DNA of 34,567 nucleotides from a virus (taxonomy: Duplodnaviria > Caudoviricetes), in IMG/VR virus record IMGVR_UViG_3300034116_000357, positions 1-34,567 of that record. One strand, 5' to 3'. The notes under the pieces are model-generated. The model did not search any database. It was given only the letters and a program-made list of their open reading frames with translations, and was not told the origin of the DNA. This document shows, piece after piece, positions 10,801 to 18,481 of this stretch. Both the position numbers and the translations under genes were made by a program. Every line of letters begins with the position of its first letter. The stretch's first letter is position 1.

Positions 10801-11559
10801 GATGCGCTTGATAAAACTAATGAGCAAATAACTGCAATGAATAAACAGTTAACTGCTGCTGAAACAGCTAATAAAGCATTAGAAGATTTAAAAACAAAAA
10901 CGGATACTGTTAATTCAAGCATAGGCAACTTAGCCACAGCCATTGAATTTTACAATCAATCCGTTTTAACAGTAGATCAATTTAAAACAGATAACGCTAA
11001 TTTATTAACAAACATCAAAACAAGCATTGCAGATAGCCAGTCAGCTATTATTAATGCAAATGCACAAGCAGTAGCAACAGCGGCAGCACAAGCAGCAGAA
11101 GTGCAAAGAGCAGCAGACGCAGCGGTTCAATTAGCAAACGCAAATGCTTCGCAAGCGTACTCAGATTTAATGGACGCAAGACAAGCAAACAGAGATGCTG
11201 ATTTATTAGCCGCTGCGTCAATTGTTACCGTTAATCAAAATACTGTGCTACCAGTCAAACCATTCGCCAATGGCGGTATGGCAAGCGGTCTGTCGTTAGT
11301 TGGTGAGCAAGGCGCAGAATTAATCAACTTTAATTCACCTGCTAACGTCACAACCCATTCACAAACTGCTGGCTTATTTGATTCAATCGGAAACGCTATT
11401 GACGACCAAAGCGTGTTATTAAAAGAGCAAATTATTGAATTGAAAGCATTGGTTAATTTACAATCTAACGCTAACGTAGCATTGATAAACGAGATGCAAG
11501 GCATGAAAGAAGAATTGAATACCATTTCACGCAAAGCAAAACTTGAGGCAGCAGCATGA
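4816..11559 (+). CDS. Tail tape measure protein (2247 aa)
   Basis: Ala/Lys/Gln-rich and helical. N-terminal TP901-type core (ARELGATTAFSAQQAAEA, IKGSEAGNNLK) and C-terminal FANGG...VGEQGAE motif. Confidence 0.92.
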   Translation: MTTDTYSIQVSVDSTSAVTATRNLTAMEQATGRSERALFSLGNMAKAASAALLGIGFKTVISEMASFETKMLQLKSLTDATTQQMKAMEKQARELGATTAFSAQQAAEAQGVLASAGLKTNEILAATPKVLELAAAGSLELSKAAEISTGTMKALGLELSDLGRINDVFAKAAGDSSTSVKEIGDAMGQIAPIAKTFKIGLETLSASLGILADNQIKGSEAGNNLKAMLVALSNDTKDNIEILKKHGVTYSQLNVEVYGLAKVMKVLQNAHLSGAESLKIFGSDAAAAGNILAANSAKIDEYAKKLENADGSAKKMADTLNQGLAKAIDSFKGTLSEAALQLGDSGLKGALTDVIQQATGVIAIYEGMGDKFAESNNYTKEQYDNLKSVADELKIVAGAAGGIASLTAVIWGANAAMVAFNIATRANPLIMGATVVAAAAGATFAKIADNQSTIDKQIETAEKRIAAMEKYGLPNLIGTAVGFDTEKERTKLTALKQFKEEQLAATKATIDATAKTEKHTEAAKTNTVATADSTDKTKKTSEAKKEAAKAAKDLAEAERYFNEQLNAQVAAAENAGKLFAAQQQTKLAGIEAEKQSIIDKASIEYQHATSYEEKSRILNESQNATNALLAKEKEIRDALTNQSAETIDAKIAAAQSELDNAGQYNLTLAEQLRLKTEIAGLQTEKAIIGETASQSDIKAKSDAEKKANDDRLAAIKAIDDAQTAANTASTAQMAILTANLDAAKEAATGLADAFGSVGSAVGGLGVALASYEKSQAAIADGLQNQLFEIQKLNDGKGDQAKTDKAIAAANQKQSQLQVKSYGDMAAAAQGFFKKGTAGYNALGVATKVFRAFEMAQSAMSMVRMIADNGAKVGAYITGLFTQTAANTASVAPNVAADATKATASGTAAVAQASNAPFPIGFATGAAMLAFMLAIGVAMAGGSSSAPTMTGADYEKQQTEKYSASLKTSVLGKDEYSNSIANSLEALKNNSSADLDYSLGMLRAMEKVATSMDTLVSMTAKQLNIDIGQITSSMKFGTSTSSNSPLGSNDLVNLLVFGLFGGFFTKTSVKTEFAGAGIKFIDQTLGSIVTEGIKGAQTYVDVLVTTTKSNFFGMFKSVKQEIKTKYTALSDEIANSISYTIVSMYNAIAIASKQTGNIGIVDTLKGYTVSLGKIPLGKDPAKYEEIFKATINKLGDDLAMLDPRFKDFQRIGEGYLETLTRTSNGIVTAQQKLAAAGIVAIDYTNIKEKQGDVEAELVRDSILATNSLTDVSDIMSNLSGTADELLAALKNLNEIKFGLNAIGLGSIDLNQKMINAAGGLSAFNSSINDFIGSILSPEDQLNIKTARVASSLESLGITMPNLGGNAQDSLDYYKNLLQQAAQDTTEAGDRAFVKLLQLANDFASVATETAKLAADELNKTLDEFKAKQSEIAATIKTEQGNIVKSTDLLISVYKKLGEVDLASKEEALRLEREKAVRGLDAESASVVTALNNLTYIINVFNEASAGLKSAYQSLTAMRDRFVSIGDSLSAYLGDLNNTSSDYENARTLFLKTSELAKGDNEQALKDLENVSKAFLSASKSRSDAEIQAAQDSVNTAKSALTSAQDALKQAQEEQAAAQLQASKDALSNQKQALADQVSALKENVSTITAFKDKLLSVSKSLGSYLKELTNESQNYDAAKAEFLRIAALAKTGDEQALQDLENTAKDFLSISKTQIDDSTKIFKDAIDTSKAGLKTAYDAVVALRDKFKSIRQSLVDYKLEITGAGTPQGSPESIYRSTKKAFEDAKILAAGGNEQALTDLPSIAKSFLDASLKYNATGMDYQADYQSVLGSLDTSIAKVDSQIDILNKQLSAAESADKSLIDLNASALSIDEAIKAYKTALDSESQAAAIRYEEDKALVIANATEVKANADLQITNSTKQIEKLKEQITLANTQIGKIDEQLTLLTSAKTSLASIDDLTAKVKEAQDDLNTAMAAQAVVDTKRYEEDKELVKKNVKDALDKTNEQITAMNKQLTAAETANKALEDLKTKTDTVNSSIGNLATAIEFYNQSVLTVDQFKTDNANLLTNIKTSIADSQSAIINANAQAVATAAAQAAEVQRAADAAVQLANANASQAYSDLMDARQANRDADLLAAASIVTVNQNTVLPVKPFANGGMASGLSLVGEQGAELINFNSPANVTTHSQTAGLFDSIGNAIDDQSVLLKEQIIELKALVNLQSNANVALINEMQGMKEELNTISRKAKLEAAA

Positions 11560-13079
11560 TTTACATTGTAGAAATTACAGCGGCAATTGACGCAGCAGGA
11601 ACGACAACCGTGCTGCGTTATGCGTCAAAGCCTTACACAACAAAACCCACTGACACGCCTGCTAATACGTTTTATGATGACAGAATAACCAATCCAGCAT
11701 CAATTAGCAGATCACTTTACAGCAACGGAACAACAAGCGGTGCAAGCCGTGTAAATTATGGCGCGGTTGAGTTATCTAATGTCGATGGTGGTTTAGATTC
11801 GATTCTCAATTATTCGTTTGATGGGCGTTCGCTTTTTATTAAAATCGGAAATGAAGGTGACGCTTATTCTGCATTTACAACTATTTTAAATGGCACAATG
11901 GAGCAGGTAGAGTTTACATTTTCAAAAGTAACTATACTTGCGCGGGATAAACTCGCCATTGTTGATATGCCTTTGCAAACCACGCTTTATGCTGGAAATA
12001 ATGCGTTGCCTGATGGCGTGGAAGGTGTTGCTGATATTGCAAAATCACCTAAACCATTATTGTATGGGCAAGTGTTTAATATTGCGCCAATCATGGTAAA
12101 TAGTTCAAAATTAACATATCAGATCAATGATGGCGCAATCCAATCTGTTAGCAACGTTTACGATAAAGGTATTGCATTAACCGCTGGTGCTGATTATGCA
12201 AACGTAACGACATTACACGCAGCGTCACCGGCAAGCGGCACATTCATTACTTGTTTAGCACTTGGCTATATTCGATTAGGTGCTGTGCCAACAGGATTAT
12301 TGACGTGTGACGCAACACAAGGCGCAGCATCATCCAATCGCACAGTGGCGCAAGTTTTAAAGGCAATGGCGTTAAAAGCAGGCATTGCATCGGGTGATAT
12401 TAACGCAAGCGATGTCACCGCATTAGACACGGCAAATAATAGTGTTATTGGAATTTGGATTGATGGCGCAGATTCAGCGATGGTGGCAATGGATAAAGTA
12501 GCTCAATCGATTGGCGCATACTTTGGATTTGATGCGCTTGGTGTATTGCGCATGGGTTTATTTACTTCGCCAACGGGTAGCGCAACACTTGAAATTGATA
12601 TAAATAACATTTTAAATATTGAACATGGTCGAACCAATGACACCGACAAAGGCATTCCAGCATGGCGCGTAAATTTAAGTTATCAAAAAAATTATAGCGT
12701 TCAGGATTTTGATTTGGCTGGTGCAGTTACCGCAGCGCGTAGAAGTGTTTTGTCTTTGCCTGCATTAACAAAATCAGCAGAAGATACAGTCATAAAAACA
12801 CAGTATGCGCTTGCGCCTACAATTGAAAAAGAATCGTTGCTTGTTGATGCTACAGCAGCTCAAACTGAAGCAACTCGATTGCTTAACTTGTATAAAACAA
12901 GCCGCGATTTGTACACTGTCACAATTGCGCTGGATTTAACAAGCACGTTGCCCGATTTAAATAATATTGTAAACATAACAATGAATCGTTTTGGTTTAAA
13001 TTCTGGTAAACTATTTAAAATTATTGGTATTGAATCAGATTATTCAAAAAACCGCGCAACGCTAACGCTTTGGGGATAG
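11556..13079 (+). CDS. Tail tip / baseplate hub-like protein
   Basis: Follows the tape measure gene. Motifs G.VELSNVDGGLD and KPLLYGQVFNIAP. Confidence 0.65.
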   Translation: MIYIVEITAAIDAAGTTTVLRYASKPYTTKPTDTPANTFYDDRITNPASISRSLYSNGTTSGASRVNYGAVELSNVDGGLDSILNYSFDGRSLFIKIGNEGDAYSAFTTILNGTMEQVEFTFSKVTILARDKLAIVDMPLQTTLYAGNNALPDGVEGVADIAKSPKPLLYGQVFNIAPIMVNSSKLTYQINDGAIQSVSNVYDKGIALTAGADYANVTTLHAASPASGTFITCLALGYIRLGAVPTGLLTCDATQGAASSNRTVAQVLKAMALKAGIASGDINASDVTALDTANNSVIGIWIDGADSAMVAMDKVAQSIGAYFGFDALGVLRMGLFTSPTGSATLEIDINNILNIEHGRTNDTDKGIPAWRVNLSYQKNYSVQDFDLAGAVTAARRSVLSLPALTKSAEDTVIKTQYALAPTIEKESLLVDATAAQTEATRLLNLYKTSRDLYTVTIALDLTSTLPDLNNIVNITMNRFGLNSGKLFKIIGIESDYSKNRATLTLWG

Positions 13080-13080
13080 C

Positions 13081-13935
13081 ATGGCAAATACAATTATTGG
13101 TTATCAAAACAGGATTGATGCAGTTACGTTTGCAGCGTATGGTTCGTGGTCAACTTCATTGCCGTTAACAAATATCAAAACACGCCAATTATCAAAAAAA
13201 GCGCGTTCAACAGACGATGCAAACGCATCAACTAAATTGCGTTTTTCAACAGACATTGAGCGCATTGTTTCAACGCTTGGAATTATTGCACACAATTTAT
13301 CAGTTAGTGCGACATGGCGTTATCGCGTTTATTCAGACAGCGGTTATGCTACATTAGTTTATGATTCTGGCACACTTGATGTATGGCCTAGCTCGCCTTA
13401 TGGCAGTTACGAATGGGAAGATGTACATTTTTGGGATTTAACGCCAACGGATGAAGAAATTGCGTATTACACAAAAAATTTAATTTACGTTATTCCATCA
13501 ATTGTATCAGCGCAATATTATCAAATTGAATTTTTTGACAGCAGCAATTCTGACGGCTATGTTGAATTAGGTCGTATTTTTATGGGGTCAACTTATCAAC
13601 CAGTTTTAAATATGAATCTAGGCGCGTCAATTGGTTATGAATCAGCAACGGTTGTCGATACAGCTATGAGTGGCGCAGAATTTTTTGATAGGCGTGATAG
13701 TTTTAGAATTGCACAATTTACGCTTGACCATTTAACTTATGCTGAATCAATTTTAAATAATGATATTATGAAAATATCAGGCACAGATTTAGAAGTGCTT
13801 TATATCTGGGATAGTGCAGACGCGCTTAATCTGCAAAGGCGTTCGTTTTTAGGTAGGTTGAGGTCATTATCGCCTATTTCACAGCCATACAACACACGAT
13901 ACCAAACAACATACGAAATCAAGGAATTATTATGA
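13081..13935 (+). CDS. Minor tail protein
   Basis: Synteny and a DGYVELGRIFMG motif. Confidence 0.6.
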   Translation: MANTIIGYQNRIDAVTFAAYGSWSTSLPLTNIKTRQLSKKARSTDDANASTKLRFSTDIERIVSTLGIIAHNLSVSATWRYRVYSDSGYATLVYDSGTLDVWPSSPYGSYEWEDVHFWDLTPTDEEIAYYTKNLIYVIPSIVSAQYYQIEFFDSSNSDGYVELGRIFMGSTYQPVLNMNLGASIGYESATVVDTAMSGAEFFDRRDSFRIAQFTLDHLTYAESILNNDIMKISGTDLEVLYIWDSADALNLQRRSFLGRLRSLSPISQPYNTRYQTTYEIKELL

Positions 13936-14672
13936 CGGGCAGTGTAACATTTAGCACAGCAATCGGTGGTGACGGTTCAACTGTTACTGATGATGATAAT
14001 GCAACAACAGGATTAAGGGATGGCGGGTGGCGCACAAGGTTTGTGCCATGTTTTACTAATCAAGTTTCAATTGCAAATTATGTTGTAACAAAAGCAAATG
14101 AAGCGGCAGCAAGTCAAACAGCAGCAGAATCTAGCGCAACAGCAGCGGCTGCTGCTTATGACTCCTTTGATGACCGTTATTTAGGCGCAAAATCAAGCAA
14201 TCCAACGGTGGATAATGATGGAAATGCGCTGCTTACTGGTGCTTTGTATTGGAATACAACAAGTAGCGAAATGCGTGTTTATAGCGGTAGTGCATGGGGG
14301 GCGGCTTATATTCCATCAAGTGGATATTTAGCATTGTCTGGCGGCACGATGACAGGTAACTTAACCCTAGACGCCTACACTGAAAAGGTCGCAACACTTG
14401 CTACTTCGGGAACGATTGCATTAAATCCTTCTACTGGTACAACTCTGTCATGCGCGGCTGCGGGTACAGTCACCTTTACTGACAGCTTATCATCTGGGCA
14501 AAGCATCTCATTACTGCTCACTAACGGTAGTACCTACACAATCAACTGGCCAACTATCACATGGGTGACAGCGGCTGGCAATACTGCGCCAACGCTTAGT
14601 GCAAGTAATACGCTCGTCTTTTGGAAAATCAGCTCAACACTTTACGGTGCGCTGGTTGGGAAGTCTGCATAA
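13932..14672 (+). CDS. Tail fiber / adaptor protein
   Basis: FDDRYLGAKSSNPTVDNDGNALLTGALYWNT and LSGGTMTG fiber motifs, with a C-terminal beta domain (TINWP.ITW). Confidence 0.7.
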   Translation: MTGSVTFSTAIGGDGSTVTDDDNATTGLRDGGWRTRFVPCFTNQVSIANYVVTKANEAAASQTAAESSATAAAAAYDSFDDRYLGAKSSNPTVDNDGNALLTGALYWNTTSSEMRVYSGSAWGAAYIPSSGYLALSGGTMTGNLTLDAYTEKVATLATSGTIALNPSTGTTLSCAAAGTVTFTDSLSSGQSISLLLTNGSTYTINWPTITWVTAAGNTAPTLSASNTLVFWKISSTLYGALVGKSA

Positions 14673-16600
14673 TGTTATCAGCCAAATTAAAAGAAGCAGC
14701 CGGTAACAGCGCAGACGCAACTCTCTATGTCGATGACGTATTCTCCACTTGGCTCTACACCGGCACGGGGGCGACACAAACCATCACTAACGGTATTGAC
14801 TTGGCTGGTAAGGGTGGGATGACATGGATAAAGTCACGAAGTGCAGCGACAGACCATAAATTAACGGACACAGTTCGTGGTGCGACTAAAGCACTAATTT
14901 CTAATACTACTGGTGCAGAAACAACAGACACAACAGGATTAACAGCATTTAGCTCGACTGGGTTTTCACTAGGCGCAAGCTCAGTTTATAACACTAATGC
15001 AGCCACCTACGTTTCATGTACATTCCGCAAAGCACCGAAGTTTTTTGATGTGGTGACTTATACGGGGAATGGGACATTATTAACGGTAAATCATAATCTC
15101 GGTGTTGCTCCTGGAATGATTATAGTTAAGCGTCTTAACGGAGTAGGTGACTGGAATGTTTACCATAGAAGTTTAACTGCATCCAACTACTATCTTTTGT
15201 TAAACAGCACAGGTGCTCAACAAAATGGGTCAAATACATGGGGAGCCGCACCCACTAGCACAACATTTACGGTGGGTAACGCCAGTGGTGGGGATAACGG
15301 AGTAAACGGTTCTGGTAATACTTACGTCGCCTACTTATTCGCTCACGACACGTCATCGACTGGGATTATTCAGTGTGGGAGTTACACTGGGAATGGAAGT
15401 GCAACTGGGCCTGTTGTAACGCTAGGGTGGGAGCCGCAGTATTTGATGGTTAAAAATGCTAGTGGTACAGGTAATTGGCAACTTTTAGATTCAATGCGTG
15501 GCATGCCTGTAGGTTCTGCAGACGCTACGTTGCAAGCTAATTTAGCAAACGCTGAATCTAGTGTTAACTATGTATCTCCGACTGCCACAGGATTTCAAAT
15601 AACTTCAACATCAACTGAAGTTAACACGTCTGGCTCAACCTACATCTACATGGCAATCCGTCGCCCAAACAAGCCGCCTACAACGGGGACGCAGGTGTTT
15701 AGTCCAGCTTCGGGAGTGAGTGCTTATGGATTTGGGCGTTCTAATACGTCGCCAGATTTATTTGCTACATTTGTAAATAAGACTTCACCTACTTCACCTG
15801 CATGGATGTGGAGTGACAGACTGCGTGGATTTTTAAGTGGAGGTAGTCCAATAATTGATAGCACTTCGACTGCTGCTGAAAATACTAGAACGACAAACCC
15901 GTATTTTAAGGTAACAGAAGATTCGTTTGGACCTGCTTTAACATTATCGAATATGCCAACAGCAAATAGTATATGGTACGGGTTCAAACGCGCACCTGGA
16001 TTCTTTGATATGGTTTGTTATACGGGTAATGGGGTTTTAGGACAAACATACAATCACAATTTAACAGTTTCTCCAGAACTAATAATAGTTAAAGCAAGAA
16101 ATTCAGTACGTAACTGGGCTGTATATCCAAATACGCTTTCTAGCGGGTTATATCTTAATCTTACAGGAAGTTTTAGCGATTATGGTTCAAGATTTACTTC
16201 TATTTCTTCTACTACGTTTGGTGTACAAAATGATGAAACTACTAATTTTAGTGGATATACTTACGTTGCCTACCTATTCGCCACACTTGCTGGAATATCT
16301 AAAGTAGGCTCTTACACAGGTAATGGAACAGGACAAGCAATTGCGTGTGGATTTGGTTCTGGCGGTGCAAGATTTGTTTTAATTAAGCGTACAGACTCTA
16401 CTGGCGGCTGGTACACATTTGATTCGGCTCGTGGGTTAACAAGCGGGTCAAGTCCATACTTACTGCTTAATAGCACAGCGGCAGAAGTCACAGGTAATAA
16501 CGGTGTCTACGCATCATCGGGTGGCTTTACGTTAGGTGCAACAGCATCGACAACCACGAATATCAGTGGAGCTTCTTACATCTTTTTAGCAGTGGCATAG
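14672..16600 (+). CDS. Repeat-containing tail / receptor-binding protein (642 aa)
   Basis: TAATG coupling places the start at 14672. Repeated YTG(N/T)G units of about 100-110 aa. Confidence 0.7.
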   Translation: MLSAKLKEAAGNSADATLYVDDVFSTWLYTGTGATQTITNGIDLAGKGGMTWIKSRSAATDHKLTDTVRGATKALISNTTGAETTDTTGLTAFSSTGFSLGASSVYNTNAATYVSCTFRKAPKFFDVVTYTGNGTLLTVNHNLGVAPGMIIVKRLNGVGDWNVYHRSLTASNYYLLLNSTGAQQNGSNTWGAAPTSTTFTVGNASGGDNGVNGSGNTYVAYLFAHDTSSTGIIQCGSYTGNGSATGPVVTLGWEPQYLMVKNASGTGNWQLLDSMRGMPVGSADATLQANLANAESSVNYVSPTATGFQITSTSTEVNTSGSTYIYMAIRRPNKPPTTGTQVFSPASGVSAYGFGRSNTSPDLFATFVNKTSPTSPAWMWSDRLRGFLSGGSPIIDSTSTAAENTRTTNPYFKVTEDSFGPALTLSNMPTANSIWYGFKRAPGFFDMVCYTGNGVLGQTYNHNLTVSPELIIVKARNSVRNWAVYPNTLSSGLYLNLTGSFSDYGSRFTSISSTTFGVQNDETTNFSGYTYVAYLFATLAGISKVGSYTGNGTGQAIACGFGSGGARFVLIKRTDSTGGWYTFDSARGLTSGSSPYLLLNSTAAEVTGNNGVYASSGGFTLGATASTTTNISGASYIFLAVA

Positions 16601-16609
16601 GACATATCA

Positions 16610-17035
16610 ATGGCAAACTATATCAATTTACAAACACATCAAGTTAGCACGGAATCTGAAATCCGTGCAGCGCATCCAAATACCTCTTTCCCTGTGCCTT
16701 TTACAGTAGAAGGCTACTCATGTGTGTTTGATGCACCTCAACCAGACTACGATAAGTACACGCAGACTATCGCTCAAGGCGTACCTGTAGAGGCTTTACC
16801 TAATCACTGGGAGCAAACATGGATAGTCTTAGACCTCAATGCAGAGCAACTAGTGGTAGCACAGGCGCAAAAGATTGAAGATGAGAAAGCAAAAATCAAA
16901 TCTGACATCGCAGCACTAGAAGATTCAGTCACACCGCGTAGACAGCGCGAAGCTATTTTAGCTATCGACACCACATGGCTTGCAGACGTTGAGCTTCAAA
17001 TTGGGCAGTTAAGACAGCAATTAGCGGAGTTATAA
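16610..17035 (+). CDS. Tail fiber-associated protein (assembly chaperone-like)
   Basis: AGGA RBS. Follows the fiber genes. HPNTSFP...WEQTW pattern and a C-terminal coiled coil. Confidence 0.55.
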   Translation: MANYINLQTHQVSTESEIRAAHPNTSFPVPFTVEGYSCVFDAPQPDYDKYTQTIAQGVPVEALPNHWEQTWIVLDLNAEQLVVAQAQKIEDEKAKIKSDIAALEDSVTPRRQREAILAIDTTWLADVELQIGQLRQQLAEL

Positions 17036-17036
17036 A

Positions 17037-17249
17037 ATGCCAGATGAAGCCTGCCGCCTTGCTAAAGTAGAGCAACGAATTGAAAACCTCGAAGAAATAT
17101 TTGAAGATCGTGGTAAGAAGCTCGATGCCATAATTGCCACTCTTGAAGAAATGAAAAACGAACAAACGCGCTATAAAGGTTTCATTGGCGGCATCGTCTT
17201 TACCATCGGTGCGTTGTTTTCGTTTATTGCTTGGTGGACAAGTAAGTAA
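17037..17249 (+). CDS. Membrane protein, coiled coil plus C-terminal TM (XhlA/holin-like)
   Basis: Hydrophobic C-terminus GFIGGIVFTIGALFSFIAWW, first gene of the lysis cassette. Confidence 0.55.
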   Translation: MPDEACRLAKVEQRIENLEEIFEDRGKKLDAIIATLEEMKNEQTRYKGFIGGIVFTIGALFSFIAWWTSK

Positions 17250-17527
17250 TGGAATTTTTACAGTTCGCAACGGATGTAGGTTTCCCCATTGCCGCTGCTT
17301 GCGTGGGAATGTACTTTGTATTTTTGACCATTAAATTCCTGCTTGATAGCGTACTTGAAAAGATTAAAAGCCTTATTGGTATCATCAAGCAACTTGATAA
17401 GCGTGTCACGGCTATGTCAGAGGATATTGTAAAAATAGACGTACTCATGACAGAAACACTTGATATGCCAATTGAAAAAGAGAAGGTGGCGCGTTTTAAT
17501 AACCCGCAAGAAAAGAGAGTTGATTAA
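17249..17527 (+). CDS. Single-TM holin-like protein (YvrJ-like GFPI motif)
   Basis: VGFPIAAACVGMYFVFLTI TM segment then coiled coil. TAATG-coupled. Confidence 0.55.
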   Translation: MEFLQFATDVGFPIAAACVGMYFVFLTIKFLLDSVLEKIKSLIGIIKQLDKRVTAMSEDIVKIDVLMTETLDMPIEKEKVARFNNPQEKRVD

Positions 17528-17769
17528 TGGATGTTGACGCATTAGCTAAATATATCAACCAATACGGTTTTCCAATTATTGCATCAAGTAGCATGGGGTA
17601 TATCGTCTATTTTGTTTGGGTATGGGTAACGACAATTGTTAAGCCAATCCTTACCGAAACAACAGACGCGCTGATTGAATTAATCGACCAAATACGCCTG
17701 CTTGATAACGACATGATACGGCTTACACAAAAATTAATTACGGTACTTTCTATGAGATCACGAAAATGA
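17527..17769 (+). CDS. Single-TM holin-like protein, paralog of the upstream gene
   Basis: YGFPIIASSSMGYIVYFVWVW TM segment then coiled coil. TAATG-coupled. Confidence 0.55.
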   Translation: MDVDALAKYINQYGFPIIASSSMGYIVYFVWVWVTTIVKPILTETTDALIELIDQIRLLDNDMIRLTQKLITVLSMRSRK

Positions 17770-18212
17770 AAACAGGCGAACGCGGTTTAAAATTAATTAA
17801 AGAATTTGAAGGTTGTAAATTATCGGCTTATCAATGCCCAGCGGGTGTGTGGACTATTGGCATTGGCTCAACACATTATGGTGATGGTACGCCAGTCACT
17901 AAAAATAGAACGCTACCAACTGAAAAAGCCGCAATTGCTTTGCTTGCTGCAACCATTGGGCAATATGAAAAAGCCGTTAATGCAGTAGGTATTGAATTAA
18001 CACAAAACGAGTTTGATGCGCTTGTTTGTCTTTGTTATAACATTGGAGCGGGTAATTTTGCATCGTCAACCCTTGTTAAAATGCTCAAAGCTGGTGACAA
18101 TAAAGCAGAAATTGCAAAACAGTTTTTGCGATGGGATAAGTCAGGCGGTAAACCACTCGCTGGATTAACCCGCAGGCGCAATGCTGAAGCAGAATTGTTT
18201 TTAACGCCATAA
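17766..18212 (+). CDS. Endolysin, GH24 lysozyme
   Basis: IKEFEGC.L.AYQCPAGVWTIG.G catalytic region, YNIG, and GLTRRRNAE. Confidence 0.93.
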   Translation: MKTGERGLKLIKEFEGCKLSAYQCPAGVWTIGIGSTHYGDGTPVTKNRTLPTEKAAIALLAATIGQYEKAVNAVGIELTQNEFDALVCLCYNIGAGNFASSTLVKMLKAGDNKAEIAKQFLRWDKSGGKPLAGLTRRRNAEAELFLTP

Positions 18213-18213
18213 T

Positions 18214-18246
18214 AAAAAAGCCGCTTATTTAGCGGCTTTGTTTTTT
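18214..18246. terminator. Bidirectional intrinsic terminator between the convergent late and early arms
   Basis: AAAGCCGCT-TATTT-AGCGGCTTT with flanking A and T tracts. Confidence 0.8.
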
Positions 18247-18353
18247 GCTATCCATTTTTGATAGGCTTCTTCAGGTGTTGACCCAGAACAAACAGCCGTT
18301 GTTTGTGTGTAACATAACCAGATTCTGCCGATCTTTTTAAGTCGTGGTTTCAT
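18225..18353 (-). CDS. Small hypothetical protein (42 aa, MKPRLKKIGRIWLC...)
   Basis: Hand-translated. ATGA overlap with the upstream small ORF. Confidence 0.55.
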   Translation of the reverse strand: MKPRLKKIGRIWLCYTQTTAVCSGSTPEEAYQKWIAKNKAAK

Positions 18354-18481
18354 GCACTGCGTTCACTTATAAATACTGGTTGCATGGGATTGTCTGCAAA
18401 CCATTTTAATTTTATTAAATAATCGCGCATGGCTTGATAACGCAAGCCGCCTGATGGTTTACCACTTTTAAATTCATACAT
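18350..18481 (-). CDS. Small hypothetical protein (43 aa, MYEFKSGKPSGG...)
   Basis: Hand-translated. TAATG-coupled to the DUF3310 gene. Confidence 0.55.
   Translation of the reverse strand: MYEFKSGKPSGGLRYQAMRDYLIKLKWFADNPMQPVFISERSA

Noticed and set aside
2990-13295. Many minus-strand ORFs of 60-166 aa inside the tail genes
   Set aside because: They are antisense shadows of well-supported structural genes, with no recognisable motifs.
14672-16600. Diversity-generating retroelement target
   Set aside because: No reverse transcriptase is present, and the repeat copies differ at all base types rather than only at adenines.
17806-17988. Embedded o-spanin in an alternative frame of the lysozyme gene
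   Set aside because: No hydrophobic signal peptide with a lipobox Cys.
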